DNA from: Antedon mediterranea
Lineage: Eukaryota; Animalia; Echinodermata
Assembly (NCBI RefSeq): GCF_964355755.1
Contig: NC_092678.1
Location: 25,375,365-25,439,364 of the forward strand
Reading direction: 5' to 3'
Length of the DNA stretch: 64,000 nucleotides
The notes beneath the pieces are model-generated. The model searched no databases and had not been told where the DNA came from. It worked only from the letters and a program-made list of their open reading frames with translations. Shown one piece after another: positions 23,892 to 35,686 of the stretch. The position numbers and the translations under genes are program-made. The stretch's first letter is position 1. Every line of letters starts with the position of its first letter.

Positions 23892-26800
23892 ATGTCGTCA
23901 GTTAATCGAGATTTACAGAAGGAAAGAGATAAAGCAACAATTGATTCTTCTCTTATAACTCATATTTTGGATGGAGGAATAGAGAACACAAATTACCGGC
24001 ATTATGTTGGTAAGTATAGATAAATGAATAGGCCTAGCTAGTACTAGTATAGTAGTAGAGCTAGCTAGGCCTAGGCTAGCTACTGCTGGACTAAGATAGA
24101 TAGTAAGGTAGCCGGGCCGGGCCGGGCCGGGCCGGGCCGGGAGGCGAAGTTTATCTCCTAAATCAGCCATGCATGTCTGCCATCCATTGGCTGCGCGTTG
24201 TGCAAGTAGGCCATCCAGGGACCATAAAAAGAATTTCATTGATAAACTGCAGAAAGATGTACAGTTGATAAATGCTAATGTTATGCGCGATTTGAACGAT
24301 TTGCGCAATTTGAAATTGCGCAAGGATTTTCTTGCGCAATTTAAAATTGCGCAAAAAATTCCTTCCAATTTGAATTGAAACATGTGTTTCAAATTGCGCA
24401 AGCAACGTATTAAATTGCGCAAGTAATCTGCAAATTGCGCAAGGTTTTTCGACAGATTGTGAAATCATGCACACCCATATTTTTTAGTAATTTCTAAGAA
24501 TGATTCAAAATTAAAGATAATATCGCATTTCCTTACCCTCCCGGGAGCTTCCTTACCCTCCCGGGAGCTTCCCTCCCGAATTTTTTTTTTCCGAATAAAA
24601 AAAATCTTGAATTCCCAATGGTTCTATAAAATACCATATTCACACATAATATGAGGAGAAGGTATAAATAAATACCAATAGTATAATATAATAATTTCAA
24701 TTCAAATATCAGTACTAATGACGATTAATTAGAAACAATAATTAATACGAATTATTAGACGTCTACTATTTAACTTAAAAATTAATTTTAATGACAAAAA
24801 ATATCGACCTTTCGGTACCATTCTCAACAACAAATGAGTACAATAATAAAAATAACAAACAGTTCGTTTTCAAATTGCGCAAAGGTATCATATTGCGCAA
24901 GAACTATCTTGCGCAATTTACAAATTGTGCAGCGCAATTTGAAATTGCGCAAGGATTTTCTTGCGCAATTTCAAATTGCGCAAGTTGATTGCGCAATTTA
25001 ATATTGCGCAAGAAAATCCTTGCGCAATTTCAAATTGCGCAAGAATTCTTTGCGCAATTTTAAATTGCGCAAATCGTTCAAATCGCGCATAACACTAACA
25101 CTGCATACGTTTCGCATTATTGTGGTTGTGTGTGAATTTGAATAAGTGAAACAAAAATGATGGGGTACTATTTCTGTGTAGATTTTAAAATTATGTTTTT
25201 ATTTAAATAAATATATCAATTTCTTAATTTCAGAGAAACTTCTTCTTGAAGACCCAATATTTGATGAAAAAGACAGGTACCTGATTGGTCCAGAAGAAAA
25301 GTATGACCTTTCAGTCAAAAGGTCACTGCACTTATCTAAACTTTTGAAGAAGCATAACATAAAACTAGATGGTGACGCTTTGCTTCTTATATCAAGGTTG
25401 GTGTTTGTAGTGTGCAGTCAATTTTGACATAACCCACAAAAGTGACCAAAATGTCTTGCATACAACATCATGATAATGCATTTATTTTATTCACCTTCCT
25501 ACTGTCCTTCCAATAATGTCATTCACCGTCTGAAAAACTCAATTTTGTATGCATTATTTGTTATTGAAATATATTGATAACGTAGTTTCCATAAGTACCT
25601 CATTTAGGAAAAATTCTGTTTAATAGAATATTTCTCCTTTTTAACATAATTGGTTGTGAACTCAAGGTATGCATATATTTACCAGGGAATAATTTTACCA
25701 ACGTAGCATAGCAAAAAGTACCTTACTGCTACACATTTATTTAACATTTGATTGCAAAAAAGTACAATACAATTTAACTATGTTTCTAAACTTAACATTC
25801 AGTTTGATAAGCTAAATATTGTTAAGTATACTGAACACACATAACATAAGATAACTTTATTTCATCCACAAACAAGTGGAAATAATGATGCTTGTCTCAT
25901 ACAAAGATAAAACATAACAGAAAAACAAATATCAAAAGAATTCTATCCTAAAGTTATCAATGTAAAGTCAAATCATCAACATAATGTAACACATTGTGTT
26001 TGTGTTATTGTAGGACTTTGAACTCCGATTTGGCTTTATCTATTCACTATCTAATGTTTATGCCGACTATCGAGAGGCTTGGAACCGACGAACAAAAAGC
26101 AAAATGGATAAAGCTTGCTAGTGAATTCAAAATAATTGGCACGTATGCCCAGACAGAGCTGGGCCATGGTGAGAAACTTGTTGAATTCTACTGCATAGAT
26201 AGCTAGGCCATGGTGAGAAACTTGTTGAATTCTACTGATAGACATTTTTTTTTTATAAAGAAAATAAATCAAACTGAACAAATATTATTTTATAAACAAG
26301 CTTCCTATTAATATCAAAGAAATCAAACATTTTGTTCAATTTAAGAAAGAATTAAAGAAACATCTTTTACTTAAATATCAAGCATTTTAATTATATATTA
26401 TTGTTCATTATTCTCACTTGTTCTTTATATTTTTTGTAACCATGTTACCGTCTGTCTGTCTCAACCTTGTCTGTCCATCATTTCACCGCTACTTATGTTT
26501 TCTAATAATCATCCAAAACTCGCCTTAAAAGTCAAACTATTTTGCATAATTTTCAGGAACATATTTAGGTGGACTTGAAACCACTGCAACTTATGATGCA
26601 TCAAATCAGGAATTTGTCTTAAATTCACCAACTTTAACATCTATGAAATGGTGGCCAGGAGGATGTAAGTATTGACTGGAATATGAGCTCACCTTCTAAT
26701 TTACAGTGATTTTCATACAGAAGCCCACCCACTATAATTACAGAATTAGAGGAAAGGATGTCGTAATGTATTGATATACCCAAATATGGTAGTGATATGC

Positions 26801-29800
26801 TCAAATATGGTAGTGATATGCTCAAATATGGTAGTGATATGCTCAAATATGGTAGTGATATGCTCAAATATGGTAGTGATATGACATGTCCATATATGGA
26901 TGGATGATTGATAGTGTACACAGAGCTTTACAGTTAAGTTTACCCATATTAGTTCAATTTCAATCTAGCTCCTAGTATAAAGTAACTTTTCTTTCACTTT
27001 TGACTTTATCTTTTATGTAGTGGGTTTAAGTTGCAATTATGCTGTGTTGTTGGCTCAGCTTGTGATTCAGGGTAAAAAATATGGACCTCATGCATTCTTG
27101 GTGCAAATACGAAGTCTTCATAATCATCAGCCACTCCCAGGTATGTATAACACCAGCCGCGCCCTGGTATGTGTAACACCAGCCACGCCCTGGTATGTGT
27201 AACACCAGCCACGCCCTGGTATGTGTAACACCAGCCACGCCCAGTAATGTTTAATATCATCGGCCACACACAAAGACCTTTGAACCTAATCTTTTGACCA
27301 TACAATCCACATCTTATTTTGAGAATATAATATTTTGAATAAAGAATTGTAAAAATAAAATTACTAATTATTTAAACTATTTTCATATTTCAGGAAGACA
27401 AATGGGTGACATTGGATTGAAATGGGACTATAGCACTGTAGATAACGGCTTCTTACGTCTTGATAACGTCAGAATACCCAGAGATCAAATGCTAATGAAA
27501 TATACTAAGGTTTGCTCAATTTTTCCAAAATTCATCTTCAATATTCATATTAAAGAATGATCATCTGTCACAAAATGTCTTCCGGATGTTTTGCTTAGTG
27601 TTAGCTCTGTCTACACTATCAAACTAAAAAATGTGATGTCATATCACTGGCATATTTGGGCACATCAAACCTTTTTTTTTTGTCAAACTAGTTTGATAGT
27701 GTAGACAGAGTTTTAAAGGGTTTTCACGAGTGTGGTATTGTGTCAGTACAGCCTCATATTTATAACAAGACCCATTTGTATTATGTAATTGTGATTGACC
27801 TCATTGTCTGACATGTGACCATGTTTCTATCACTGTCATTTTAGGTGGCACCAGATGGAACATACAGTACAACTGGCAATATCAAAGTAACATACGGTAC
27901 AATGATATCAGTCAGGCTCACAATTATAGCGTTCAGTTTCCTTGAACTTGCACGCGCCCTTACTATCGCTGTTAGGTACAGCGCTGTGAGGAGACAGGCA
28001 CCATTAGAAATTGGGTAAGTTTTAAATTGAATATATGAAGTAGAATTTATGATCCGATGTCATCAAAACTTCATCAGACATTGAACCCTTCTTATAAGAT
28101 ACAGAAGCCAGATGAAATTATTTTTATTCAATACAAATTCTTTATTCATTCCACATGGGGCAATTTCAATTCATATGTTATTATATAGAGTGTAGTTTAA
28201 GAATTATACTTTAAGTTAAACTTATGGTAAATGTTCTAACCCTAACCCTCTAATTATTGCTAGGCCTACACACCTAATATCTCACTTTTTTATTCCTATA
28301 TATCAAGAGGGGATGAAGTGCAAATTCTTGACTACCAAACACAGCAACAGAAGCTATTTCCAGGCCTAGCTACAGCATATGCATTTTGTTTTATTCATCA
28401 GAAAATCACAAAAATGTATCACAAAATGGAGACTGAAATAATGCAGGACAATTTCCAATCCTTGCCAGAGGTGGGTTAATAAATTAATTTTTTATGTTTT
28501 CAGTTTTACATTTAAATATACAAAAAAATATGTTTTGTTAATCTCCATTAAACTGCCATTTTCTTTTGTGTTTTTGAGCTGTCATCCATTCAGACTCTAG
28601 ATAATAATATAAAATCTTTGGTTTTTGAATGAAAGTTTTTACATTTCAGCTTCATGCTCTGTGCTGTGGGTTGAAGTCTTTTTGTACGTCTACTAGCGCT
28701 GAATTTATTAATATTTGTCGGTTTGCGTGTGGTGGCCAAGGATTACTGATGTCAAGTGGCCTGCCCTCAATATACGCAAGATTCTCAGCATCATGCACAT
28801 ACGAGGGCGACAACACTGTCATGATGCTGCAGCTTTCACGGTAAATTTGTGTAAATTATCTCACAATATTTCAAGATCCTTAGCATGCCAGCCTAAAGCT
28901 CTGTCTACACTGTCAAACTTTATGATAAAAGAGTGATGTTCCTAAATATGGTAGTGATATGCCTGAATATGGTAGTGATATGACATCATTGGTCCATATA
29001 TGGGCACATCACATAAAGTTTGATAGTGTAGACAGAGCTTAAGCTGACTATTAATTATATTGTATATTTTGTTGCATTGACATGTTTCAATATTTATACA
29101 TATTTGTAAATTACTTTAGATATTTGTTGAAGTGTTTGAGGAAAGCACAAGAAGGGGTGACAATAGAAGGCTCAGCTTCGTATCTATCTGATATTTCTGA
29201 TGATCAACTCACTACTTCTGATGACTGCTGGACTCAGCCTCAGTTCTTGTGCAATGCATTTAGAATAAGATCCTACAAGTATGTTCATTTTATTTTAATT
29301 ATTGATATTTGTTTCTTAAAATGTATCTATGATAAAGGCAAATGTCTGAAAACAATGACAATGTTGTTGGTATCAATGGCTGATGGAGATACAAAATAAA
29401 ATAAGCAAAAAGCTAAATCAAAATAGCCAGAAAAATGTGCAGAACTTCGGATAACACTAGCAACAGTGCAAGATAAAATATATATATGAATATAAATATA
29501 ATCATTTTATGTGTTCTCATGTTCAGAGTCAATACTGAACTGAAATCCTAAATCTTGTAGATACATATAATAATAGAGTTGTGTTTGTCATGCAAAGATT
29601 GTCCAACTCGTACAAGATTTAACTCAAATCTTTTAATAATAGCAGTAACTTTCTTTGATAGACTTGTGATGGCTGCTGGACAGAAGATTGGTGTTCTGTT
29701 AGCCAATGGCAAGACACCAGGTCAGGCCTGGAACGAGAGCCTGGTCCAGCTTGTCAACTGTGGAAAGGTAAGCATTTATTTGGTTGATGATTTAACTTTT

Positions 29801-32800
29801 TGACTTGTATTGATATTGATAACTTTAGGATAGAATTTTTTTGATATTTGTTTTTCTGTTATGTTTTATCTTTGTATGAGACAAGCATCATTATTTCCAC
29901 TAGTTTTGTTGGCGATCATATTATAATACAAATACAGATTGCATCGAATAAAAGGAAAATGATTTATATAAATTAAATATAATAATAATATATACACTCT
30001 TTCGTAAACTCTCTCATGTGCATTATTGAACTAACAACTTGTTTTGATTACCTTTGATTGTAGGCTCATATGCATCATGTGCATTATTGAACTAACAACT
30101 TGTTTTGATTACCTTTGATTGTAGGCTCATATGCAGTATTTTGTTCTAAGTAGCTTCGTAGAACGCCTTACAGATTTACAAACAACGTTTGCTATAAAAA
30201 CCAAACTAAATGAGCTATGCCAGCTATTTGGCTTGTACTACATAACAAGGAATAGAGCGGATTTTATGATGGTATGTACATGTAGTTACAGTCATCTTCA
30301 CTTCTAATGATGGTATGTACATGTAGTTACAGTCATCTTCACTTCTTATGATGGTATGTACATGTAGTTACAGTCATCTTCACTTCTTATGATGGTATGT
30401 ACATGTAGTTACAGTCATCTTCACTTCTAATGATGGTATGTACATGTAGTTACAGTCATCTTCACTTCTAATGATGGTAAGTACATGTAGTTACAGTCAT
30501 CTTCACTTCTAATGATGGTATGTACATGTAGTTACAGTCATCTTCACTTCTTATGATGGTATGTACATGTAGTTACAGTCATCTTCACTTCTTATGATGG
30601 TATGTACATGTAGTTACAGTCATCTTCACTTCTAATGATGGTATGTACATGTAGTTACAGTCATCTTCACTTCTAATGATGGTATGTACATGTAGTTACA
30701 GTCATCTTCACTTCTAATGATGGTATGTACATGTAGTTACAGTCATCTTCACTTCTAATGATGGTATGTACATGTAGTTACAGTCATCTTCACTTCTTAT
30801 GATGGTATGTACATGTAGTTACAGTCATCTTCACTTCTTATGATGGTATGTACATGTAGTTACAGTCATCTTCACTTCTAATGATGGTATGTACATGTAG
30901 TTACAGTCATCTTCACTTCTTATGATGGTATGTACATGTAGTTACAGTCATCTTCACTTCTTATGATGGTATGTACATGTAGTTACAGTCATCTTCACTT
31001 CTTATGATGGTATGTACATGTAGTTACAGTCATCTTCACTTCTAATGATGGTATGTACATGTAGTTACAGTCATCTTCACTTCTTATGATGGTATGTACA
31101 TGTAGTTACAGTCATCTTCACTTCTTATGATGGTATGTACATGTAGTTACAGTCATCTTCACTTCTAATGATGGTATGTACATGTAGTTACAGTCATCTT
31201 CACTTCTAATGATGGTATGTACATGTAGTTACAGTCATCTTCACTTCTTATGATGGTATGTACATGTAGTTACAGTCATCTTCACTTCTTATGATGGTAT
31301 GTACATGTAGTTACAGTCATCTTCACTTCTAATGATGGTATGTACATGTAGTTACAGTCATCTTCACTTCTTATGATGGTATGTACATGTAGTTACAGTC
31401 ATCTTCACTTCTTATGATGGTATGTACATGTAGTTACAGTCATCTTCACTTCTTATGATGGTATGTACATGTAGTTACAGTCATCTTCACTTCTAATGAT
31501 GGTATGTACATGTAGTTACAGTCATCTTCACTTCTTATGATGGTATGTACATGTAGTTACAGTCATCTTCACTTCTTATGATGGTATGTACATGTAGTTA
31601 CAGTCATCTTCACTTCTAATGATGGTATGTACATGTAGTTACAGTCATCTTCACTTCTAATGATGGTATGTACATGTAGTTACAGTCATCTTCACTTCTT
31701 ATGATGGTATGTACATGTAGTTACAGTCATCTTCACTTCTTATGATGGTATGTACATGTAGTTACAGTCATCTTCACTTCTTATGATGGTATGTACATGT
31801 AGTTACAGTCATCTTCACTTCTAATGATGGTATGTACATGTAGTTACAGTCATCTTCACTTCTAATGATGGTATGTACATGTAGTTACAGTCATCTTCAC
31901 TTCTAATGATGGTATGTACATGTAGTTACAGTCATCTTCACTTCTTATGATGGTATGTACATGTAGTTACAGTCATCTTCACTTCTAATGTATGTATGTA
32001 CATGTAGTTACAGTCATCTTCACTTCTAATGTATGTAAAGCTCTGTCTACAATATGTGTTGTGCTCATATATGGACATGATGATGTCCTATCACTACCAT
32101 ATTTGGGCATAACACTACCGTATTTAGGCATATCAAACTAGTTTGATAGTGTAGATAAAGCTTTAGATTGCTATTGCTATTAGGAAGGATTTTCTGTATT
32201 GTTTTACATAAATCACATTCATCATAAAACATAAAGTGGAGTTAAATCTCATTAAATGTGTAACTTTATATTAATGTTTTTGTCTGCATGTTATTATTAT
32301 CTACAAAAGCATATCAAATGTGCTAGTTGTGTTTTACACTAAGTTAGTTATGTAAAATGCGATTCATAACATTTTATAGGTGCTGTAATATAATCTATAA
32401 AATTACTCTATTAAATTTACAATTTACTTTTATCACTTTTTATTTATAATAATTATATTTGCTATAAGTTACTTTACAGCATTTACAAAAAAGACATTTC
32501 ATAAACGTATTCTATACATTTAATTTCTATACTTTTTCCCGTGGGAGATTTCTTACAAGTGTTTTCTCCAAAGAGAAATAAAAATGACTCAAGTTTGATA
32601 TTTATCTTCTGCTATCTTTGCACTGACATACTTATAGTCTAATCATTGCAATGTATTTCATCACAATATCAACATGTCTAGGAATTCACATCACAGCTCA
32701 AAATGCTCACTATAAGACATTACATTTACTACATGAATTACATTCCTCACATTAAAAGCAACATGTGATGTATTTGCCTACACAGATCTTTTCATATTAA

Positions 32801-35578
32801 CATTAAATTCAATGGTGGGCTAATATTAGATTATAATTGTTATTTATTAATTTAACTAGTTTTAGTGGGCCTCCTATCACAAACCCCTTGTGGTTTCTTA
32901 AAGGTCCCTTTTATCGTTAAAATTATGTTTTACTCCTTGCTTGTTTTTGTTGTTTGTGAGATGAATAAAGAGATTTATGTTATAGTAATTAGATGTAGTT
33001 ATTACCCACACACAAGATAGAATGAGTGTTATTACCCACACACAAGATAGAATGAGTGTTATTACCCACACACAAGATAGAATGAGTGTTATTACCCACA
33101 CACAAGATAGAATGAGTGTTATTACCCACACACAAGATAGAATGAGTGGGCTGGTGTATTTCTATATTATATACAGTTGGTACTTATTGATTGTTTAAGC
33201 TCTGTCTACACTATCAAACTAGTTTGACAAAAGTGTGACATGTCCATATATGGTAGTGATATGCTTAATATGGTAGTGATATGACATCATCATGTCCATA
33301 TATGGGCACATCACATTTTTTTGTCACATAAAGTTTGATAGTGTAGAATTTAAGTTGATAGTATTTTAAAATTTAGAGTTTGTTGATGTGTACACCAGAC
33401 TATAGTATTTGTTGGACTGATCAGGAAAAAATTTCATCTTAAAATTTTGTTTAGAAATATTGCTAATATAAACTGATGTTTGAGTCGAGAAACATAGTTT
33501 TCTATAGTATATTTTGCTACACAATTGTAGAATTGTGTAGCAAGAAGGTTGTTTTGTATAGCTTTTTGCTATGCTACACTGGCGAAATTATTCCCTGCTG
33601 ATATATATTTTCTACAAATTACACCATGTAGTCAGTACATCCACTTACTGTTGTTCAGTTTCATACAGCGACTTTGTACTGTCTCGTACTGTACACTTTA
33701 AGCTAAATCAGGAGCTAAGAAATAAAAACAACATTATTTATGAGCGCATTCATTAAATGACACTGATCCAATAATTACTGATTGTATGCCTTTATACAGC
33801 AGCAGGCTGATTAACAATCTCAAGTCTGTAGCACAGATTTTGGTTTCAACGTTAATTGGTTGGATTAATCTGTTTCTGACGATGACACTATTCTCTTAAT
33901 TATATTCACGGATCTTTATCCATTCTGTTGTCTTGGTCTCATATATACATATACCTTGCGGTTAGAATCTTTCTACGGTTTGAATATTTCTTCATTTCAT
34001 TTTTAATTATTTTAATTTTTCATTTCTTTATTTGACAACAAGCGGTCCAGGGGTTGCGACAGCAACAGAGCGCCATAACACATTTGAGTCCGCAACTCCT
34101 GTAACATACAACATAATACAAACAGAGCACCATAACACATTTGTGTCCGCAACTCCTGTAACATACAACATAATACAAACAGAGCACCATAACACATTTG
34201 TGTCCGCAACTCCTGTAACATACAACATAATACAATATATAAGCATAAACTATAGACACATTTTTTAGTGTTCAAATTGTTGTTTTGTAATTTGTTTTGT
34301 TACAGTAGGTTACAATCAGCAATCCAATATAATAATAATGCAATAAATATAATTCAACAACTTGGATTAAAAAGATCAAATTTTTATAAATGTCACAAAT
34401 AAAAATTAACATTTTACTTTACAAATAGTTTCTTTCCAGGAGCTATTAGAGCCTTAAACATCATGTAGACACTTTTTGTAATGTTTTTGTTTTGAGTTTG
34501 TGTTGTGTCCGTTGGATATTGTGCTCTGCCAACAGAGCAAACAGAATTTCTATGTTTTTTCTTGATAATAAATGATACTTGACTTAAATAATGTTAGTTT
34601 GGTTTGCTCGAAAAAACTGACTTGTCGCCACGGAGCCTAAAAAAAAAAAATGAAATAAATAAAATTCTTTCTGACAGATAGAGTGATACAATTTTTAAAT
34701 ATAATAGTATTATTAATATGATAATTTAATATTCAACATTCTGTCTTAATGCACTGTTTTGTTTCAGGATGGGTACTTGACCCAAGGACAGATTTCAGAA
34801 GCAACTGAAATATACCTTAAGGTGCTATCAAGTATAAGGTAAGGCAATGTCTGTGGTATGTCACTCTCAAAAAACAAAACAAAACCATTATTGTGTACAA
34901 TTAATCTATAATTAATCTAGATGTCAATGTCTACCAGATGTCTATATGTAAACGGTTACCTGAACCAGTAGCAATGTGCAAGACATGTTTCTAAGTCTCT
35001 ATGCTATCATAAGTTACCTACAAAAATAATGTATCCATTATACAGTGATGTTGTATGTACTTAACATGAATAATGTTGTATATAGGCCTGAAGCCGTCAG
35101 TCTGGTGGATGCGTTTGACTATCGTGATGAATGTGTACATTCTACATTAGGATGTTATGATGGCAATGCTTACCAACGTCTTTATGAATTCGCAAATAGA
35201 GGAGCAAGAAATCAGTCGCCAGTAAGATGCTTATTCTTATTCATATTGCTCTTTGACCCATGTCCCATAAGTTTACTAAAGGCCACCAAGATTTGATCAC
35301 AAGCGTGATTTTAAATCTTGTAGGCCTGTCATTTGTTGGAGAAATGTGTGGTAACAAATTGACCAAAATCTACTAAAAAAAATATATTCTGCACCATAAA
35401 TTTTAATTGTCAACTTATAAAAAAAATGTTTTAGGAAAGAATTTACCTTTGAGTTATTTGACATACTTTTTATACTTCCAGTATAAATGAGCAAATTTCA
35501 TTTTATTGTATACAGGTACATGAAACATATGACAAATACCTTGTGCAGCTCATCAAAGGAAAGCCATCTAAATTATGA
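23892..35578 (+). CDS. ACOX1: Peroxisomal acyl-CoA oxidase 1-like, 15 exons
   Basis: Exons 23892-24009, 25234-25396, 26014-26168, 26557-26664, 27021-27140, 27394-27509, 27845-28014, 28308-28470, 28650-28840, 29120-29278, 29662-29767, 30125-30271, 34768-34838, 35086-35221, 35516-35578. Motifs: [93 protein letters not shown] (catalytic Glu), [12 protein letters not shown], and C-terminal PTS1 SKL-stop. ACOX1 rather than ACOX2 is by resemblance only. Confidence 0.95.
24276..25097. mobile_element. 820-bp TIR element (hAT-like ends) with TTGCGCAA subterminal arrays
   Basis: TARTGTTATGCGCGATTTGAACGATTTGCGCAATTT... inverted at both ends; no clean TSD seen. Confidence 0.78.
26285..26390 (+). mobile_element. 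Very short LINE 3' remnant
   Basis: [25 protein letters not shown]-like RT C-terminus. Confidence 0.5.
26757..26927. mobile_element. MITE family A, one end lost, internal 21-bp unit expanded to 5 copies
   Basis: CAAATATGGTAGTGATATGCT tandem; right TIR TGATAGTGTACACAGAGCT. Confidence 0.8.
27128..27245 (+). repeat. 26-bp tandem array, ~4.5 copies, spanning ACOX1 exon 5 end and donor
   Basis: CAGCCACTCCCAG|GTATGTATAACAC then CAGCCACGCCCTG|GTATGTGTAACAC copies. Confidence 0.9.
27603..27712. mobile_element. MITE family A
   Basis: Both TIRs present. Confidence 0.85.
28897..29039. mobile_element. MITE family A
   Basis: Both TIRs; TAA/TAA TSD. Confidence 0.88.
30266..32035 (+). repeat. 41-bp tandem array, ~43 copies, spanning ACOX1 exon 12 end and donor
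   Basis: Unit ATGATG|GTATGTACATGTAGTTACAGTCATCTTCACTTCTW; the first copy is the real exon end at 30271. Confidence 0.97.
32039..32162. mobile_element. MITE family A abutting the end of the 41-bp array
   Basis: AGCTCTGTCTACA...GTTTGATAGTGTAGATAAAGCT. Confidence 0.82.
32998..33148. repeat. 30-bp minisatellite, 5 copies
   Basis: Unit GTTATTACCCACACACAAGATAGAATGAGT. Confidence 0.92.
33198..33347. mobile_element. MITE family A
   Basis: Left TIR intact, right TIR truncated. Confidence 0.82.
34064..34235. repeat. 57-bp minisatellite, 3 copies
   Basis: AACAGAGCACCATAACACATTTGTGTCCGCAACTCCTGTAACATACAACATAATACA repeated. Confidence 0.9.
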
Positions 35579-35686
35579 TGTCATTGTTGAAATCTGTGAT
35601 GTCATTGTTGAAGTCTTGATGTCATGGAAGTCTGTGATGTCATTGTTGAAGTCTTGATGTCATCATGGAAGTCTGTGATGTCATCA
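35576..35686. repeat. TGATGTCAT-based degenerate array starting at the ACOX1 stop codon
   Basis: TGATGTCATTGTTGAARTCT / TGATGTCATGGAAGTCTG units. Confidence 0.8.

Noticed and set aside
23913-24988. ORFs with LRN/AQF repeats
   Set aside because: Translations of the TTGCGCAA subterminal repeats of a non-autonomous element.
6171-32035. Regular arrays as CRISPR
   Set aside because: Head-to-tail units without unique spacers, no cas genes, and spliceosomal eukaryotic context.
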